Source of the DNA: Octopus bimaculoides
Taxonomy: Eukaryota
Reading direction: 5' to 3'
Length of the DNA: 64,000 nucleotides
Assembly: GCF_001194135.2 (NCBI RefSeq)
Contig: NC_068994.1
Location: 21,499,045-21,563,044, forward strand
The notes under the pieces are model-generated. The model had not been told where the DNA came from and made no database searches. It saw only the letters and a list, made by a program, of their open reading frames with translations. Of the stretch, positions 59,000 through 64,000 are shown one piece after another. How positions within the stretch are numbered: the stretch's first letter is position 1; each line of letters begins with the position of its first letter. A program made the translations under genes and the position numbers.

Positions 59000-59900
59000 C
59001 AAAGGGGCTTGTTATCATATTTTTAGTGAGTTGGGGTAAGTGAAAACCCATGTCATCAGAATACATTTCTTTCAGTTTATATTCTTCAGTTATTTTTACC
59101 AACCTCCTGTCTTTTGAAGATTTCCTTAAATCCAACCTTGAGTTTCATGAATCAATATATCCACTACACTGTAAATGTGTGGTTGTGTCTATTAGGTTTT
59201 TGTTCGACCTTTGAAGGATGGTGATTTCAATCCATCCTGTTTTTCATCATTGTTTTCCTTCCTATCATGAGAAACTTTCATGTTTGCTATTGCTAGTCAT
59301 CTTTTTTTTGTGATGTCTTTCTCTTATGTTTTGCAGTTTGGAAAGTTTGCTCCACAACCATTATCTCTCTTTCGTATGATAATGGGGTGTCTGCTCATTT
59401 GTTTCCAAAACTGGATACAAGACAATAGCCACCATTCTCAGAGCTGTGATTGATGGGGCTTTGGAGACTGAGGCTTATTGTTGCTGCTTCAGCTTGTCCC
59501 CATTGCTTTCCTTCCTTATTTTTCAATTCTTTGGGGTAAAAAGCCTTCAGCTAGGTCTTTTGTCCTACAGTGCTATGCCATTTGTCTCAGTAGCCTCAAC
59601 ATATCTACAGCTCTGTTGTGGTCTTTGGAGGGCATTCTCAATGACCACACTGCATCTTGTCACTCCTATTTTAATCACCTGCCCATACTGTGATACAAAA
59701 ATGACCAGACATGGATTCACATTGTTTCCAACGTCCTTCATTGTCACCTTGTATCTGAAGGCACAAGTGTATGGTCAGAGTTATACCTATTTCAGTCTAG
59801 GTTTTGGCTGAGTCTCTATTCTTGAAAATGCAGCAAACCACGTCATAAACCTGCCTCTTCTTGACTGAGAGAATTTCTTCTAACCACTGTTTTGATGGCA
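59000..59900 (-). mobile_element. Possible old RTE endonuclease-region remnant
   Basis: Only weak, frame-broken APE-like fragments. Confidence 0.3.
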
Positions 59901-60544
59901 ATTAGAAACGGCTTTTTTTTTTAAGAAGAAATATCTTATTTTCCTCTTTGATCTCTTGGATTAGATTATGCAGGAAAGGGACACCAGTTGGTTTTATAAG
60001 ATTCTCCCAATTCTTTTTTCAGGGAACTGTGTTAAATCTAAAAAACCACAGAGGCAAAACTACTATTTGGTTAATCATGTATATTTCTCTGTGCATGAGT
60101 GGTTTGTTATCGCCTTTGTTAAAATTATTTGCTAAACTGTTAGGAATGATTTTTTTCTGTTAATTATTCATTAAAATGTTCTTTATTTTCTTCTTTCTGT
60201 AAGTGTTCTTACTGAGGTGCAACTTGTTTTACAGCTGTCTTTTTCTTTTCTTTTTTTTCTTCATTTTGTGTACTGTTCAAATATGTTGCCTTGTGCAGCA
60301 GGCAAATCTGTTAGAGACTTTGACAGGAAATGTCATCAAGTTGTGAAAGTAATTAAAATTAAGTCTGTGGAAAACCTATTTTAGTCTACCTCAGGGCATC
60401 AATGGTAGACTGTCCACAGGTAACTAAAATGCTTATTGGTAAGTACCCCAAAATATAAAAATCTGCGTCTGGTAATACTTGAAATGAAGTTGTATTCAGA
60501 GAGAAAAAAAAATCGCACCTTTATACTTTGAAAGACAATAATAA

Positions 60545-60756
60545 TTGTTTCAAATTTTAGAACTAGATCAGTAATATTTTAGGAGAGAGAGAGGAACTAG
60601 TCAATTACATTGCACTCAGTATTTGATAAGTTCTTCATTTTATTGACCTCGAAAGGAGGAGAGGCAAAGTTGTTTTTGGTGGGATTTGAACTTGAGACAA
60701 AGATGCCACTAAGCATTTTGTCCAACGTGCTTACGATTCTGCCAGCTTGCCACCTT
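60545..60756 (-). mobile_element. Meta-like SINE
   Basis: ttattgacctcgaaaggaggagaggcaaagttg...cttgccacctt. Confidence 0.75.
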
Positions 60757-61138
60757 AATCACTAATAATAGCAATACCAATCTAATGCATTTTAAGTGGT
60801 GGTACTACTGGTGGTGTCATTTGTTCAGTAGCTCTGTGGTGCAAAATAAACAAAGCCCTGTCAATATCTCTTTTATGTTTATAGAACTATACTTACCTTT
60901 ATACAGTATTTGTTTTTAATAAGGAGAAATCCCTCAGTGGAGATAATACCAAACCTCATTTCAGTCAGCTAACTGTTCAACTCTTATTGGCATAGTAATA
61001 CAAAAATAAAAATGAAAGTTTTCTTCATGAATTCAAGCTGTAAATGATGGAATCTTATTTGTTGCTAACATTCACTTCAGGGCTTCTATAAGCAATCCTC
61101 TGATGCTAACTAAACTTAATAGTAATATCTGTTATCAT

Positions 61139-61380
61139 TGCACGTAAAATACACCATTTCGAGCATGGCCGTTGCCAGTACCGCCTGACTGGCCTTTGTG
61201 CCGGTGGCACGTAAAAGCACCCACTACACTCTCGGAGTGGTTGGCGTTAGGAAGGGCATCCAGCTGTAGAAACTCTGCCAAATCAGATTGGAGCCTGGTG
61301 TAGCCGTCTGGTTTCACCAGTCCTCAGTCAAATCGTCCAACCCATGCTAGCATGGAAAGCGGACGTTAAATGATGACGAT
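61139..61380 (+). mobile_element. RTE 3' end
   Basis: Low-divergence copy of the RTE 3' UTR ending ggacgttaaatgatgacgat. Confidence 0.88.
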
Positions 61381-61491
61381 TGCTACAATATTGTAGCAGG
61401 AATGAAATGGTACACAGTTTTCAGGTTTCTTGTAACAATGATCTTATTTATGTAAAATTTCATTTTGGGAATATTAATCCCTGCTTCCAAT

Positions 61492-61672
61492 ATTGGTTTC
61501 AAATTTTGGGGAGGGGCAAGCCAATTACATCAGTGTCTAACGTTTATTTATTTTATTGACCCTGAAAGGATGAAAGGCAAAGTTGACCTCGATGGAATTT
61601 GATCTCAGAACATAAAGATGGATGAAAAGCTGCCAAGTATTTTGCCCAGTGTGCCAATGATTCTGCCAGCTT
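61492..61672 (-). mobile_element. Meta-like SINE
   Basis: ttattgaccctgaaaggatgaaaggcaaagttgacctc...ttctgccagct. Confidence 0.78.
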
Positions 61673-61789
61673 CCTACTTTACTCCACTCTTAATACTGAT
61701 ATTTTATTTTTGCTTGTCTTCCTGAGTTAAGATGGAGGTGCTAGGAGTAAGTAAAATTTGGACAGTTGTTATTTAGTAACAGAAACCCA

Positions 61790-62600
61790 CTAACTCGTAC
61801 TTTGTTATAAACTGTGAAGCTTTACAAATGTGTAACTAGTAAAGATCTTGTTGACCTAAAGGGGGTTCAAACTGTTAACAATCATGGACAGTTTGTGTCA
61901 TTGCTTACTCATGCTGCAATTTTTTCTTTGTCAAATTATTCCTTGTTACCTATATATATTTTTTCCTGGCTTTCTGATCCATGGACATTTAGAGGAGGAT
62001 AAAGCATTTTCAATGTGGCAGTAAATAAGATGGTGAAATGTTTGATTCAGTGAGAAATTATTGATTTGTTCAATATTTAATTTAAGAGACTTGTAATGTA
62101 GTAAACAACACCTGATAAAAGCTAACAAATATCAATAATAAGAGTTCCGTAAGTTGTCTAGAGTGGCTTGAGGTACCATTTAACTATTCTACACTGAAAC
62201 TGATAGAAATTTCTGTCATAATTAAAATGACAATCCTCGAGTTACTGAAGAATTATATGAAAATGAAATTATTTCAGAAAACTACAGGTGTGTGAGTCAG
62301 TTGGATAACTGACAGCCAGTTGACAATTAGTTTCATGTCACTGGTGATATTGTTTCTGTAGCCAATAGCCAGGTTAATTTAGCTGTAAATAGGTTTCCTT
62401 AGGTGTTATAAATCACTTTAGCCATCAGTGATACTGAAAAATTGGATGTCTCAGCTTGAAGTGTTGATTCCAATTAGTTGGCATAGTACTTTCATGGGAG
62501 AAGAGATTTTTCAGAAACCAATGACGAAATGTAGTGGGCCATGCACACTTGAAATTACTTGATGAATTGGTCATGATAAAATTGCTTCAATATGAATAGC
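61790..62600 (-). mobile_element. Degraded hAT (Charlie-like) transposase remnant
   Basis: Reverse-frame fragments NSRIV, VKWYLK (compare EVRWLSRG), PWIRKP (compare WIRNPF) and a TTYLCE-like region occur in the expected order. Confidence 0.45.
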
Positions 62601-64000
62601 ATAAAAGCAAAACAATTTTCTCAATAATAGTGAAGGACCACCACTGATTATTATAATAATGAAAACAAATATTTAAATATGAAACTCCTTTAGGCTCAAT
62701 AAAAGAATTCAATATACTTAATAGGAATTTGACATGAAGTACTGCAGTAAATTATGATTTCTGACATCCTACAGCAAGATGCTTCAAAATATTTTCTTAT
62801 TGCCTTTACTGATTTGATTCATTTTTGAAAGCAGACCACATGCCAAACACGTTAAGCATATTTGTGCACTTTTATATATATATATATATATATATTAATC
62901 AAAGTGTACATCCATTACAGTTGATCTTACCAATTGGTTTCACACTGGGGCTTCAACAGTGTTAGATAGCAATCCAATTATATAACCCTGTGCTCTTCAG
63001 AGATGACAGCTATGGAATGAAATATGGCGACTTTTCTCTATTGTTGAAGGTGAAAAGACATCTGGTTTGTGGTTGCTGTGAAAAAGACGACAAAACAAAT
63101 CGAGTAAGGGTTAAGAGTTATGCCCCTTGGCATATAAAAAAAAATACCTCTAGGGATGTTAGAAGGTGATAGGAGTTTACTGGAAAGTGTATATGGGAAA
63201 TTTATGTATGTCTTGGGGTTGGTGTTCATGTAGAATTGGAATATATGCAGTGGTACTATATGTGTATCGTTTTCAATGGAGCAGGTGCCCAAAGACCCCA
63301 TAAGCTTCTGTGTTTTTTTTTTTGTTAAAGCTTTGGTTGAATTCTTTGGAGCATTTAAGTGGGTAGACCACTGTAATACAGAAACTGTCATGTATGAGGC
63401 AGAGGTAACAGTAATTGGACCAAATGGGCAACCAGTCATGTGAAAGTATGAGGGTGCAACTGAAGATTCCTTCTGTATCCTATATAGCAACCACAAGTTC
63501 CTCAACATCCTGGAGGGTCGAAATGCCACAACCCTGGCCAAGCTGGTGGAAGGGCCGAAGTTGTGTGACTGGCAGTTATAGTTACAATGGAGTGCAGGGC
63601 TCCATAAGCGGGCTGTTAACTAACACTTTGTTGAACCCCTAGTATGAAATCTATTGGTAAGTTCAACCATAATGGATATATAATACTGTACTCTTAGATT
63701 AATATAGCCACTCTATTGACAAATATATGAGTGCCTATTTTTCTGACTTATGGATTCTTAAACGGATATATATATATATGAGAAAAGAGATGACAAAGGA
63801 ATAATTGATACAGGTACACATCACTATAAGGTGATGTGTACCTGAGTAACACCTTACAGTTTCATCAGAGCCTCAAAACATGCAGTTCCTTTGTTCCCAC
63901 TTTTCTTATTACCGCTTTGTACCTGACTAATGTTTCATTCTGAAGGATACATATATTGAGTTCTACACCAGATTATTAGTATCGCAATGCCTAAGTGAAA

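Overview
AT-rich, microsatellite-dense eukaryotic genomic DNA with six assembly gaps. The RTE LINE and tRNA-SINE repertoire resembles an octopod cephalopod (inference from repeat content, not verified). One host gene can be reconstructed by hand: a six-exon plus-strand MARCH5/MARCHF5 (MITOL)-type RING-CH E3 ubiquitin ligase. Its CDS exons are 8940-8977, 21343-21545, 36818-36948, 47797-47983, 48936-49099 and 52072-52254, totalling 906 nt (301 aa), with all introns GT-AG and phases consistent. Its RING-CH exon looks unusually divergent and it has an S/T-rich tail. The rest is layered transposon debris: RTE, CR1 and HERO-like non-LTR elements, a Gypsy fragment, Tigger/pogo, Merlin-like, hAT-like and Helitron remnants, piggyBac-type and TA-flanked MITEs, several SINE families and a 5S-derived fragment. 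The most notable non-standard structures are (1) a roughly 800-bp foldback element with a head-to-head TTAGGG/CCCTAA-like core about 150 bp upstream of the last MARCH5 exon, (2) a locally templated insertion with template-switch scars inside a SINE, and (3) twelve copies of one SINE family that all lie on the minus strand. No prokaryotic systems, CRISPR arrays or intact RNA genes were seen. All homology calls are from manual translation and recalled family motifs, not database searches.
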